A stretch of DNA of 62,752 bases, the filler included, from Catajapyx aquilonaris (Eukaryota), in NCBI GenBank assembly GCA_000934665.2. It is 3 parts of 3 records of this genome, joined end to end, with 100 filler letters (N's around TTAATTAATTAA, not from the genome) between each part and the next. Parts side by side here need not be neighbours in the genome. Positions count along the whole stretch, not along the records: positions 1 to 20,785 come from JYFJ02006201.1; 2 more parts are not named here. The stretch is one strand, 5' to 3'. Within the stretch, counting starts at the first letter, position 1, and every line of letters begins with the position of its first letter. Shown piece after piece: positions 1 to 13,800 of this stretch. The notes beneath the pieces were generated by a model, which saw only the letters and a list, made by a program, of their open reading frames with translations, had not been told where the DNA came from and made no database searches. A program made the position numbers and the translations under genes.

Positions 1-550
1 TCGGCGAGGTCGGAATTTTATGATTTGACCTCTGCCCCCCTCAAAATTGGGTCACAGGGTCACTTTTATCAGGTCACTATAGGTGCGTTTTTCATCCTTA
101 GGGGTGGGCTACCAATGCACCGAATTTCAAGAAAATCGGTGAGGTCGAAATTTTATAATTTGACCTCTGCCCCCTCAAAATTGGGTCACGAGGTCATTTT
201 GATCCGGTAACTATAGGTGCGTTTTTCATCCCTTGGTGTGGGCTACCAATGCACCGAATTTGAAAAAAATCCGGTGAGGTCGAAATTTGACCTCTGCCTC
301 CCTCAAAATTGGGTCACCAGGTCATTTCGATCAGGTAACTATAGGTGCGTTTTTCATCCCTTGGTGTGGGCTACCAATGCACCGAATTTCAAGAAAATCG
401 GTGAGGTCGAAATTTTATGATTTGACCTCTGCCCCCTCAAAATTGGGTCACGAGGTCATTTTTATCAGGTAACCATAGGTGCGTTTTTCATCCCTTGGGG
501 TGGGCTACCAATGCACCGAATTTCAAGAAAATCGGCGAGGTTGAAATTTT
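1..550. repeat. Tandem repeat, ~4 copies of a ~135-bp unit
   Basis: Unit TCGG(C/T)GAGGTCGAAATTT...GGGCTACCAATGCACCGAATTTCAAGAAAA restarts at ~1, 136, 270, 398 and 532; runs off the window start. Confidence 0.95.
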
Positions 551-666
551 TTGCGTTGAAAAATGACCCAAGTTGGCAGGGCAAATCTCCGGACATCATA
601 TGATTTCCGTAGGCCCTCCAGCAATGCAAGTTCGGAAATCATATGATGGCCGTAGGCAGCAAAGGG
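1..666. mobile_element. Right end of a putative piggyBac-like non-autonomous element carrying the tandem array
   Basis: Ends ...GCAAAGGG|TTAA; subterminal inverted motif CATCATATGATTTCCG/CGGAAATCATATGATG at ~594-648. Confidence 0.45.
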
Positions 667-2576
667 TTAAAATGTTCTTTTTATATCTTCAAGTATGTGC
701 AATTTAATATTGTAGTATTGAAACTTGTCTAATATTAACCACACAATTGTAAGAAAATATAGCGTGCTTTAAAATAAGCTCGGGACATGGCAGGAAGAGT
801 GATTCCGACCCCTTAGACTTTTTTTTGTTTTTTGTTTTTGTTTTTTGTTTTTTTGTTTTTTTGCAGTAAAAGATAATTTTAAAAATCAACTCTCTCAGTC
901 ACGTTGAGCCATTTTGTTAGTTATTATGCTGGTATCATTGGTAAGTTTTTGGAGAATCACCCATAATTATACAGATGGGCTGTTTTAGGCTTCCAAGGGA
1001 TGTATTGTAAGAGGGGAGGGAAAGTATAGTATAGGGCCTAGAGTAATGGACGGTATTGCCGTTACAAGAAAACCGGGCAATGATCGAGTTCCAGCACTTC
1101 CAACTTGGGATGTTGATTCCGCAACGAGGAACAGCAGTTCATCCGCATAATCTTTAGAGGCCAGTCATTTTTGGCGAAAAATTGGCCAAACATCAAACAA
1201 ATTATTGGAACAGATGCAAAGTAGGATTTTTTGCGACTCAGAAAACTGAAGAGATGAACTGAAACATAATGATCAATTGCGGAATTTTTCTGGGAACGGG
1301 TTTACTGATATGCGTATAGGACATGCAATGCATTTTTAACAGATATAATGGAACCTGCCTAATACGGAAATGGGATGGATTTTTTATCGTCTCCCTCAAC
1401 AAAAAAATCTCTGTTCATAACGGAAATCACACCTTGCCAGTCACTGCAAGCGTCACAGGCAAAATTTCAGGAAACATTTCGCGAAAAATACAGTGTCGAA
1501 CATAACGGAAACCTGTCAATTACAGGGAATTTTCAGGGTCTCATGTGATTCCTCTATAAACAGGCACACATAAGGAGTATACTGTACCTGGGAGTACCAC
1601 TGCAGTTGTACACCTGAGTACCGAAGTGGTTAATCCGTTGGAAGAAGCTGTAGGCATGCCAGATGAACTGACTATAGAAGACATTGTCCAGACGCCACAA
1701 AAAGGAAAACAACCGATCATCGTAACAACCTGGACAAAGCGGACAACAGCAGTGGACACCACTTGATATGGACACTACAGACAGTCGGCAATTAAAACGG
1801 TAGAATGGTTTAAAAAAATTAAGCAAACTGAATTATTCTGCCTTTTCTGGTGACCTCGTCCAAAAAGTGACCTACCTCAGCATCCTCCTCCTGGATCCCC
1901 CTCTCTTGCATGCACTCTTGATTCTGCAAGCAAATAGTGTCATCATCATGCTTTTACGCCTAGCATGCAGGAAAACACCATCTTGGGAGCAAGTGTGCTA
2001 CAATTGGCCATTTATTGCCTGAATACAGTACAAAACCTGAGAATAGTTCAAAATAACTAGTAGGAATAGCAGTGACGCATTTTCCACTTTCTCTGGGCTT
2101 TTGCAACCTTAAGATAAAAGAGAACCTGTGTTTGCTGTGAGTGCACAGTTGTTTGTGACTGTTTTTTTAAACTTTTTGTCGTGACTGGATAGAACTACGG
2201 TACCGTAATGAAATAATGTGGTAGTAATGTCCCTACATGTCCTATTTTTCTTCCCCTACTAAGTTTATAGTTCTGAGTTACAAGAATGAGTTGTGTCATG
2301 TTACCCAACATTACAGTGCTTGTAGAATCACTCCCTTTCTCGTATGTGTAAAGTCACCCCATCTTGGGGTGAATTTACACAAGCTGAGTTCGATTTTTTT
2401 TTGTATTTTACCAATTCGTCCCAGGACAGAAGTCAATGTGCCAACATATGCAGCGTACGAGGTCCTCACCAGGTGCCCAGAAAAAGTGGTCAAAATTAGT
2501 CACTGAGACCCATGCCTACCAGAAGTGTGCTTTTTCTGTGTAAAGTCACACACATTCTTCACCAGCTCACAAAAAC

Positions 2577-4844
2577 CTACTGTTCAGAGAATAGATCCAT
2601 CCGGAAAATATCAGGCAAATCTGAATCCACATGAAATTTCCTGCCCCATTTGCACAGCCATTCTATCACATCAATGTGAGGGAAGCGGGTGCGTAGTTCT
2701 TTCAGAATTCTGGGGTCAAGTATTGGATTTCGCTGAAATTGTACTTCCAGAATCTTGAGTTTGTTGGCTCTGGTGAGAAGGTCTTCCAGACCGTTCATGG
2801 TTATATTGTCACTATCAAAGGAAACACTGCTCAGTTCTGGACAGTTACTGGCAATCAGAGCTAGGATGGTGTCAGTTACATTGCGAGATCGACTCAAGTC
2901 AAGTCTCTCAAGTTTTTGAAATGCATCCTGCATAGAGAAGAACGATTCCCATGCGATGTTGCATTTCCTCACATGCAAATTCAAATGGCGGATGTTTATC
3001 AAGCTTCCAATTGTCTCATTTAGATTATTGATATCGAATAACGACAGACTCAAGTCTTCCAGAAAAATGCACTCTTTCAGATGGACTAGGGTCTGAGGTG
3101 CAACCTCAGCAAGGATCCTTATCTTCCGAATAGATCCTGCAGAACTTCTGCAGATCACCTCTAACTCTCGGTCAGCATCGTGGAAGACGGTCAGGTCGAA
3201 TTCCTTCAGCTGAGGCCAATCCCTTCCCACTGATGTGTCCAGATGACAGTGTATGAACGTATTTTTGTCAACGGTAATCTTCTCCAGCTTTTTACTGCTG
3301 CCAAATATGTCTAGAATGTGGGGATCATCGCCTTGCCACCTATGCCCCCATTTCACCACCAGCTCCTTAATGTCTTCGCAGCTGTTCAAAACATGAAAAA
3401 GGAAATAACCATTAGCATGTGTTAATGTTATTTCTGAGCACATTTGAATGCCACAATGCAATAAGGGCCCGTCTGTCAATTTTTACGGAAATGCTTTTAT
3501 GGCATATTGTACTTCCTCTGGTGGATGTCCATCCGCATAAAATGCAAGAAGTGCCCAAATGTCACTAGTAATGAATGAAAAAGGCTTCTAACCAGCGACG
3601 CACCAAAACGCGATTTCTTGATAGCAGTGACAAACGTGATTGTCACTTGAAAAGCACGATTTTAATACACTACAAGTGACCCGCGATTTGAAAATAGCGG
3701 TGATTTTTAAGCGCGACGTGATTTTTGTCTCATCGCTACTTCTAAAGGAGATGCGTTACATTACCATTTAGAACGGTCCCCTCTGAGTAGCAGTGCTAAA
3801 CCTAGTGGAAAATAAAGTAGACTTTTGGGTCTATATGTCACCAAAAAATCTTTGACCTACGCCCTCGGGAAGTTGTCAAAAATGGCCGCTACTTTAGAAG
3901 GTAGACCTATATACAATATGGCACAGAGACCAAAAAAACATTAAATTAAATTGAAAATAATGTGTAATTACCCTGAGGCGAATACTATGTCGCCTGTATA
4001 TCATAATCATTAATTAATTTTATCCTGAGACGGTTTATTTCTCCATATTTAAGCCAAAAGAACGATACAATGCAAGAAGGGCCCAATTGTGCGCATTAAA
4101 AGTATTTAAATAAAATATAAATTACATGACGATTTCGATAAAAGTGCTGTCAGGTATTCATGTTGTAGATGTATCTGTCATTAGGTTTAGAGCACTATTG
4201 CCTACCATGAACAGAAACACAATTAAATAGTTTTTGTTTCTCTTCCTGGTCATTTTCAATTTTCACCATTGGGCCCTTATTGAATTGTGGTCTTCATTAT
4301 TTTATTGCAGCTGCAACAACTGTGACCCTACTCACCTTAAGGCCACCTGCTGCAGACTATCCAAGCAGAGAAACCCGCAGTGATCTAGTTCCAGGACTTC
4401 TAACTTCGGATGTGATGCAGAAATGACGTCTAGCAGTCCATCCGAATTGACGTCTGCAGGATCCACAAAATTATTATCCGGAAGAGGATACTCCCAGCGC
4501 ACCAGCTGCACCTTCCTGAGACTGGTCATATGCAGGAGCAGTTCCGTGGCCCTCGCCCGGGTCAACTTCCACGCGTGCAACCTCACCTCCGTCCACAGGG
4601 AGGGATCCATGGCCACCCTGGCCCAATCCTTGCACACCAGGGCGGCCCCCAGCAGTAGGTCTTGCTGCCCAAGGTGGCAGAAGATCCTAAGGAGGATTTC
4701 ATCAGGCAAGCGAAAATTGGCCTGGAACATATGGAATAAAATCACAGCCAATTCAAAGCATCATTAGCAAGATCATCAGAGTGTGGACCAAACCTTTTCC
4801 TTCTCATCCACCTTCCGCAGCATCCTCTTCGGCCTGCAGCTCAT
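2577..4844 (-). CDS. F-box/leucine-rich-repeat protein (FBXL-like), 3 exons: 4794-4844, 4336-4721, 2577-3381; 413 aa
   Basis: F-box motif LPDEILLRIFCHL...LVCKDWARVAMDPSLW followed by LRR-like repeats (LERLDLSRSRNVTDTILALIASNCPELSSV); GT-AG introns with compatible phases (0, 2) give a continuous 1242-nt frame. Confidence 0.88.
3452..4289. mobile_element. Degenerate TIR element in F-box intron, Transib-like ends
   Basis: CACAATGCAATAAGGGCCC at 3452 and GGGCCCTTATTGAATTGTG ending 4289; no clear TSD. Confidence 0.4.
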
Positions 4845-5271
4845 CTCTGCGCACTAGGACGACAAAGGTTAAGCCCAGAAGACGACGACGACGACGACGA
4901 AGAAGAGACAAACACGAGGAAGCACACACAAAATGGCGGGGACCGGGGAGTGTCAGGGGGGTGTCCGGGGGGTGTCCGGGGGGTGGGCGCCACCGTCTTT
5001 GTCCAGGCGCCACACAAAGAAAAGTAAAAACAAGCGAGCATCGGAATAATCTGGACAAACAACAAAGTGGACACCGGGTGGGCAATCCAGCCAGTTAAAG
5101 TCTCAAGTTAAAACAGTAGAATGTCTTAAAAAATTAAGCAAACGGAATTATTCAGAGGCCATTTGGCACCCCTGCTCCCAAGGCGCGCGATTTTATGCTT
5201 TTTATCGTCATTTAAAAAGTCTCATGGAAGGGCTCTGTCTGTCCGTCTGTTGACAGGTATCAGGGCCTCTA

Positions 5272-5620
5272 AAGGTGCGTTTACACGTGAGCGATTTGTT
5301 CGCGGCGATGTATCCTATTATTTGGGGCAAAAGTAACAATAGATTTTCTCATCAAACAATACTGGTTACTTTGGTTACGCAGCTATGTAAAGGTGCCTTT
5401 ACATGTGAGCGATTTGAACGCGCCAGGGAGCATGTATTGTACTAGTATATTACATAGTATATGCTCCCTGATCGCGTGATGTCATCGCCGAGCGATGAAT
5501 ATAAATGTTTGGGCCGAAAATCGATTGTTACTGTGATTGTTACTTTCGCTCCAAACATTTGGATTCATCGCTCGGCGATGACATCGCGCGAACAAATCGC
5601 TCACATGTAAACGCACCTTT
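5272..5620. mobile_element. MITE, PIF/Harbinger-like
   Basis: TIRs AGGTGCGTTTACACGTGAGCGATTTGTTCGCG / CGCGAACAAATCGCTCACATGTAAACGCACCT flanked by TAA/TTA; a second left-TIR copy at ~5390. Confidence 0.7.
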
Positions 5621-5998
5621 AATCAGAGACAAAATAACAAAAAACACAACCATTTTGTAATAAGATTTTATTAAGCAAGCAATGTTGTTTTAGAGTTTAG
5701 ACAATCAGCGTCCTAATTCAATACTAATAGACATCAAGAGTAAATATAATTATTTACTCTTGTAGACATGCATTAATATTAGTGTAGAGAATTTTTATAG
5801 TGAGTAGCAGATATTGTCAGATGTAGTTTCTCCTCAGTATTCGAGATAGTGTAATATGGCTTTATGGTGGCTGAAAGTAATAAAGCTCTGTTAATTTATA
5901 TAACACTTTATTTATTGCTCTCATATTATAAGGTAGGCTAATGACAAATAATGTACCCCAAATTATAATCGAGGGTAGCCTACAGAATAAGCATTATA

Positions 5999-6391
5999 CA
6001 ATCAGTCTCCGACTTACGTAGATCCGGACTTACAGCAGGTGAAAAAATTCCAGCATGTGCAAAAAAAAATGCGGAATCTATGGAACAAACTGTAAAAGTC
6101 GCGAACCACAACACTTGTGCCAGGTACGGGGTCCAGGGTCGTCGGACCTAGCGCCAATTGATAATATACAGATTGGCAAAGCCACAATAACGTTTCTTGG
6201 ACTGTGGTGCACAATGACAGTAAAGTTATGGTCAGCCTAAAACCACAGGGTCACACCAACACAAATAGCGCCGGAACCCGTCACCCGGTCGCGTACAACA
6301 GTACGGTATGTAATAAAATATATGGCTCTGAGTTTATGTAAAACTCGACTTAAGCATGGAACGATCCACTTACGTAAGTCGGGGAGTGCCT
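5999..6391. mobile_element. Degenerate Tc1/pogo-type MITE
   Basis: Imperfect TIRs ...CTCCGACTTACGTA / TACGTAAGTCGGGGAGTGCCTG with TA flanks. Confidence 0.5.
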
Positions 6392-6916
6392 GTACAAGAA
6401 ACCACTGGAATAGTTTGACAATTCAGTTCTCAAAAAATATTGGGTAACTATATATAAGCTAGCAAAAGCAAAAAAATATATATATGGCTCTTGATAAACA
6501 CTGCCCAGTTCATTTGCAAGTGTTTACTTCAAACATTAGCAGGCACATGAAAAAAAAATTCTCAATGCGTCCTGCAAAAATATTATTTCAAACACATCTG
6601 GCCCATAAAATACAGTTTAGGACTACATAAAAGAGTACACATTAAACATAAATCGTAAATAAGCTACTGCTGTGAAGTACTGTACTTTAAAGACACGGTA
6701 TACATATTAGGCTTTCTTTTCTTCGCACTGAACCTAAACGACCGTTCTCTCCTCGTATATGCAGTTCATTATTTACGATGTGTCAAATAAACTGACTTGA
6801 CAAGGTCAAAGAATTAGAACTGAATAAATGATTAACACTAGCAGAAGGAAATTTCTAAAGGATTTTAGTGAACCTGCTGAATAGTGACTTTTGATATGAT
6901 TGCTTACCTTAGTCCA

Positions 6917-9900
6917 TCACGAGTGGGCAGCCATTAGCAAAAGTAACCTGTTATGGTTATGATTCTGACGATGATGATGGCTATGGTTATAATTGGGCTG
7001 TCGAGAATTGTTATGATGAGGCATATGATCCTCAAAAGTGGGTTCAACCCCTGTAGAATTGAAAGAAAATGATCTGGTCATCAATTCCATTCCATCTTTC
7101 TTCTCAGCTGCTTCATCCCCCTCTTGTGGATGCTCCTGAAGTTCATTATTTTCTTCCTCTTCATCTTCCTCTCCTTCTTCCTCATCAGCTTTAGCTTCTT
7201 TCTCATGCCCAGCCTCCTTCTTTTTCTTGCTCTTGCTCTTCCTCCTGCAACACTTCAACTCCTCACCATTTCTCTCATCTTTCAAATCATTGTTATTGTT
7301 GTTGCTTGGGCTGACGTTGGTCACTGAGGAAGTCGAACTTCCTTTGGTCCGCTTCCACTTCATACGCCGATTTTGGAACCACACCTTGACCTGCAAAATA
7401 TTGAAATGTTTTAGTTACACATTTTTTTAATTAAAAATAAAATGCATCAGATATTGTGAATATGTCACGTACCTGTCTTTCGGTGAGGTCAAGAGACACT
7501 GCAATCTCATATCTGCGAAGTCGAGTGAGGTAGTTGGAACGGCCAAACTCCTTTTCTAGCTCCAATACCTGCTGCTTTGTGAAGGCGGTACGTTCTTTGC
7601 GTGATCGGCTGCTGCTATGGTGTACCGAATTGTAGTTGATGGTCTGCACGTTCTGATTGGCACTTATTTTGCCTCCAGTTCCATTAATATCCACAGGGAT
7701 TCCCATCAATACGCCAGAGTTACAGTTACCATTCATCAACAGAGTCTCGTCCTCCACATCGGTCTCGTGGAGCATCTCTGCCAAAAGAAAATAGGAAATT
7801 AAAAAAATTATCATGCGTTAGTTTGACCTCTACACTCTTAACCATTTACCCTCTCTAGAGAAGGTAAATGGTTAAGAGTGTATGTACGTAGTTTAGCGCA
7901 TATAATGTGACATCAAAAGGAAAATGGGTGCAACGCCTGCTGTCGGCATCAGTCAAGAAGTATCGTCTTGCCCTATAAATATGTGTATATCAACGCAAAT
8001 AATATCCGCTTGAGCTGGTNGTATCGTCTTGCCCTATAAATATGTGTATATCAACGCAAATAATATCCGCTTGAGCTGGTAACAGAAGTCGGCTTTTCCT
8101 CCTTTGGGGCCCGTGCGTGTGTCATCCAGCACACGCTGTCTTCGACCTCCACAAAGAGTAAAAACTCAAAGTCCGGGTTTTTGTTATCCCCTCAAACGGA
8201 TGGAGAGCGACATGAAAGTGAGCCACGAGCCTGCTCCGGAACACTCCGCGTGGGTCGAATCAAGGATGCAATGGGAGTACAGGGTGTCACATATTTCATA
8301 TTAGGAAGTGTGAAAATTACGATGTAAATATGGTATACTCGTAAAAAGTAATCAAAACTACTCAAGTCACATTGTTATGCGTTTATGAGTTCATGTCCTA
8401 AATGAATTCCTGGATAAAAAGTCAGAAAGCAATAGTCAAAGATATGCCATCACGAGACACGAGAGTTTGAAGTTTGAAAATTGCATTACCAGATCATTTT
8501 GGAAGAGCCTAGAATTTGGTCGAAGGGATTGTCAGTGGACCATATCGTCACATTTTTCATTATGACCCATTTCTGCGTGTTTCAGATTTGAGTTCGCAGC
8601 CTTTAATATCGATAAACATCTGGAACCTGGAAGGTTCTAATTGGCTGCCACCTGAGATATAGGAGGTCAAAATACTGACACTGAGTATTTGGTACGGTAT
8701 TTTTAAAAGTTCATATGGTTGCAGGAGTTAGATTGATTTTGCAGAAAGCTTAAAACAAGCTTCAACTTTTTAAAACGACATTTAATGAAGTCAATTAATC
8801 AGAAATTCTTTCTGCACAGTAGATCACTTCCAAAGGATTAGGCTATTAAAATGGGCAACTCGTCATTTTTATTACGTATATATCAATATTTTGTTAAAAC
8901 AATGTAAATAAATTGAGCCTCGCCATTGCTATAAAAACTAAAATAAAAATATATTGTTGCATTTTCCAAGCTATTCCTGCAGCTCTTTGAAATTAAATGC
9001 AAATTTACAATATTTTGATCCCTAGCTGTTAGCCTATCTCAGAATTTGTCACTCTTACAATATTATAGCTTTCACTTTTTCTTTTTCAATGTCACACTAG
9101 TTTGCATCTTTTCCTACAAAAATCTTAGCGTCCCGAACAAAATAGCCGTCATACACATTCCTTAACTTATTTTCTAGCATCCTTGGCACGTGAGTCCGTA
9201 GGGGCGAGAGTCCGCTACCACCAGTACCGTTGTGAGATAAATTCTAAGACACACGGTATAGGCTATCACTTTTACACAATTATGTATTTCACAGAAACAG
9301 AGCTGAGCAGTGAGTGAATCACTCCGTGTTACATTGTAGACAAGTGCGTTGTATGGCTTTTACCTTACTAGAGATTTATGTTACTTCTTTTCCACTAATA
9401 AACTAGGCAATATGTTTCACTTATATCATAAACTATTACCAAATGCAGAAAATCGTACGTTTCGGAACATTTTGAAGAAGAAAAATTCCTAAATCCCTGG
9501 TGTTGACTGCATGTCACGCGACATATTTTTGTTTGAGTTAAAGGTGAACGTGGTATTTGTTATTCCAATATTTTGTACAATATTTGAAAATATTTCCTCA
9601 CACCTGCCCAGCCTTTTCCTCATTATACATTGCTGCCAGTGCTTCTTTCAAACTGTTGTCAGGCCTGAAAGCTGTCACACTTTTTCGACGGCAAAAATAC
9701 ATCCTTCGGAAGTTGAAATATCCTGTTTTCCTCGTTAAGTTTTTCAGAACCTAGTTCAGTACGCATGCGGTCCACGGTATGAAAGCCTACAGTATATAAG
9801 CACAATTTCGCGTAAAAACTCTGCCGTATAATATTTACTATTAGAGAAGTCCGGGCAATATCCTTATTATGGGTTCTACTTCTACATGCAGATTTATAAC

Positions 9901-10828
9901 CATTTATAACGTACCTTGGGAGTGGCAGGAGAGAATCGTCGATTGTTGCAGCTGTTGATATTCGACATTTTCGTGATGACTCATGTGATTCAAAGAATGG
10001 CGGTTATTTTGATGATGGTGTTGCATCTCTTTCGGCGATGGTACCGATGTCACTTCGGATTTGTCAGGACTGACTTCTTCGGCATCCAGAGGCAGGAATC
10101 CAGCGGTGTCGGCACCAGACGAATTCCAGGCACAAGCTCCTGGAATTTTATCAGCCGAGATGAAAAACAGTGAAACAATCTCATTCTACGCCCGTTTGGG
10201 GCGTCTACTCCGCCAAATTCCACAAATAACCCAAACTGTTGCAGAAACTTCGCTGCCGCACATACCGCGGTATCGGCCAAATATTTTTCGCGGGCATTTT
10301 TGTACGGCACATCTTGTTAGTACCAATAAGCTGTGATATCACTTGGGAAATTATGCATTCCAACATATAGTATTGTTAATTATGATGTACTGTACACATG
10401 ATTTTTTTAACCCGCTTGTCCACAATAATATTTGGCCGATAGTACAGTACAGTATACATATATCCCAGCAGTGTCATACGCATATGACATTAAGAAGTAA
10501 TTAGGCATTCTCGGCGTCCTCTACTCTTAACTAATGGAATTCATTTAATATGCTTTTAATCGCCAACATACTATATCCGTGGTATCGCCTACTGACCTTG
10601 TGACATCTGTTGATTGAAGGAAAAAAGGCATGCGTTGGACGTGGTCACAGATGAGGATGTCAGCGTACAGAGTGACGATGTTGGACTCTGCGTTGTCCAA
10701 TGATGTCCGGAAGAGTCCGTCAGGCATCCGGCCATCCGAGATGTACCGTCGGTTGAAGTCAGAGGAATATGCATACTGGTGTCAGAGGCACCGCAGTTCC
10801 AGTCCATGCAGTTGTCCATCATGTCCAT
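6917..10828 (-). CDS. Mox: Mox/Meox-class homeobox transcription factor (buttonless-like), 4 exons: 10597-10828, 9915-10139, 7473-7777, 6917-7390; 411 aa
   Basis: Homeodomain [57 protein letters not shown] is diagnostic of Meox; all junctions are GT-AG with phases 1,1,0 and give an open 1236-nt frame. Confidence 0.92.
7831..7882. repeat. Near-perfect palindrome/hairpin in Mox intron
   Basis: TACACTCTTAACCATTTACC ... GGTAAATGGTTAAGAGTGTA. Confidence 0.85.
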
Positions 10829-13800
10829 TTCCGCACGCAATTCCTCGGACACTACTTTGAAGCAACCTCCTCGGACGCCGCCCTGTCTGCGACTGCGACT
10901 GACGGCCCCGGACCAAGAGTCCTTTCCAGAAGCGGTTGTCCCTGAGAGTGGGCAGCTCTAGCGGCTGGTCCACCCCCTCTCTTCTTTCACCCTCACTCTG
11001 ACAGACCACCACCGGATAGGAACCAAAAGAATGCTCCCTCCCCTCCCTTTCTCTCCTCCTCCTCCTCCGGTACCACTATGTCATGTTCAAGGCGAATCCG
11101 GACAGAATATCTCGTATCAAGAATGGATGAGGGAATGAGCTGAAGGAACGGTCATCTGTCATCGGCTAAGGTGGCAGCAGCCAGACTGATGACGACATTG
11201 GAACTGTTTGCCACCATAACGTGCTTATTCCAGAGGCACCCTGAGCATCCCGTACCACTCGTATCAGTTTGTGAGATGGATTCCGGAACACCCTATAGAT
11301 TCCAGCCACTCGTATGGCTATAAGCTAATATTAAAAAGTGTGTCCTGCAAACACACAATGGGTGTATATGCTATTGCTGATGAAACAGGTGGTTTACAGA
11401 CCAGGAGTGGGCGTTGCGATCCAAAATTGCCAAAAAATGATCATTAGATACAACCAAAATATTTTCTCATCTGCGATGTAACAAAAAAAAAACAGCCATT
11501 CCATCAAAAGGTACGTGAGCAACAATCTGGCAACAAAAACTGAGGGATCCGTCTCTAATATTGACTTGATTTTAAGTAGTACAAAAATAAACGTGTAAAT
11601 ATAATACGAGCTTATACTGTGTACACACACAAACAATTTCCATCCGTTTAGTGTGAAATGCATTTTTTTTTGTCTCTCCCGTAAAGTGTGAGTTCTCCTA
11701 AGTGTTCTCACCGACTCATTTGAAGACGTTCCTTGCAGAACGGTCGGAGTAAAATTACGTTAGTCAAAATTGAGTCATGCATTGTGTAATATGGTCATTG
11801 AGTCTGCTATCACGTTCGATAACGAAAATGAATGCAGCTGGTGTAACCTTAACGAACCTTACTCTATCATCTACGTTACAATTGTCCCATTTTTCTCATC
11901 CCTCGTAAAACATTTTTATTTAATCTGCCTATTCTCCCTACAGATCAAATTCACTGTTTGTTCAATTCCTTGTCATCTACTTCTAAGGAGCTTTATTTTT
12001 TTTACTTTACAATTGTTTTTGATAAAGTTGCCAAAATGACTGCATTGTATGACTTTAAAAACTCGCCTTCTCTCCTCTCATGTAACATTTTTGTATTCAT
12101 CTGGCGGGTATTTCTTTTGTCTTTACAACGATTACCGAGGATTCCAATTTGTTGTTTTTTTGTTCTTTTTACGTTATAGCCCTGGTCATGCTACTGTATT
12201 TATCCATGTACTATGACTAGGGGTTGGAAAATAAATAATAATAAAAAATAAACATGGTCATTGAGTCGTACCATCTGATGTCATTTTTCTGCGAGATCAT
12301 GCAGTGACCGTATCCTAGATAAAATTTTCGAAACAAATTATCCAAAAATAGAATGATCGCCTACATTCACACAAGCAATAGCGCCCGTTATTCGCACACG
12401 ATTGAATGAGGAATTTTTAATCACCATTAAAAGTTTGCCAAATATCCTACTCTTGTAATGTTGTGATAAAGTTCGAGCTTTTGTACCATTATTGCAAAAC
12501 CGCATACATGCCGTAGCACCGGTGCACAGCTTATTACACATCAGTTTCGGTGAGTGTCAGTTGAATGAATGGAGGGGGCCCATGGAGGGGTAGGGTGGGT
12601 GAGCCAATAATACGAATGGTGTCGGAGAGAATGTTGTGATGTGCGGGAACGAAGAGATGAGAGTTTGGTGCTGATGAGTTGTGCAGCCCAGCAGGAGCCT
12701 GTTCAAGTCATCAGCCGCCGCCTAAGAATAACACCCAAGACTTGGGCGCTTCCTACTCCTCACGCATCTCTAGAAAGAAAAGAACAGAAAGACCACAATC
12801 CACACTATATAGAAATCAATCACACATGAAAATCACATTTAAAAAAAACTTACATCCTAATTCAGAATGACCTCTTCGTGGGTGGTACCTGCGCCACCCA
12901 GAAGTCGCAACCTCTGGTCGGGGACGAACTCGACACTCGGAACCTACGCTTGGAGGAAGGAATCCAGATGGGCGCCAAGCAGTCTGGCCCAGCGACCCTC
13001 GACCCGACTCCCCATTATTCACCTGATGTTAGCTGTCCTCTCCTTCGTTTCCTTTCCACGCCCCCAAACAGCAGGAGGGGTTGCAGCGGCGGTTACAGCA
13101 ACACAGTAGGGTCCCCTCGCGAGACCTTTTCATTCATTCTGTCGGACACCTGTGTTTCCGGCTTCTTGGAGCACCTTGGGGCAGGAGGACTCACATTTTG
13201 TCCCCAAATGCGCGGCATGTCAATTAGTGGACAGAACAAGAGCTTGTGGCAGCGATGGATCGCTTGGGTTGATAAGAAAAGAGGAGTGGGTGGCACACTT
13301 GTCAGCAGAAGGAGTGTGCGGATCCAGCAGCAGCACGTGTGCTGCTGGCTGACCTGGGATCGGTTAGGGGTTGTTCATCAGTTATGTAACATTGCTGTGG
13401 GTGATTCATGAAAGACGCACGGCACACGGCAGTTTTTGACCGACATTTCCGCTAGCATTATATGCAGCGAAGGACACAGTGAGAAGCCACAATTGTGTCC
13501 AGGTGTTGGAAAAAAATGGCTTCTTGTTAGGGATATTTTCGCTTGTTAATGTTCGTATGAAGATGTTTTAAGAAAAGTCCAGTCTACAGTTTTGTATGGT
13601 GTTCCATGAAGAATAAAACTATTGCTTTTGTCACCAGAAACAACTTTCAACATAAATGATTGTGGTTCACCGCAAAATACATCCTGGAAAGGCTAATTTT
13701 ACAATATAATTTTTTCATGTTATTTACTTGCAGGTGTAGAAAATTATGAAGATGGAAATTTTATTCCCTCAGTGGGTAGTATGCTCCTGTCCATTACATA

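Noticed and set aside
1..550. CRISPR-like array
   Set aside because: Whole units repeat with no unique spacers; eukaryotic context and no cas genes. The same applies to the arrays at 24.4 kb and 41.1 kb.
3382..3479. N-terminal part of the 300-aa ORF
   Set aside because: Intronic read-through; the acceptor at 3382 joins the F-box exon in frame
7960..8080. 60-bp direct repeat
   Set aside because: Exact duplicate either side of a single N; typical overlap artefact at a scaffold join
12878..13411. 177-aa ORF
   Set aside because: No recognisable motif or convincing splice structure
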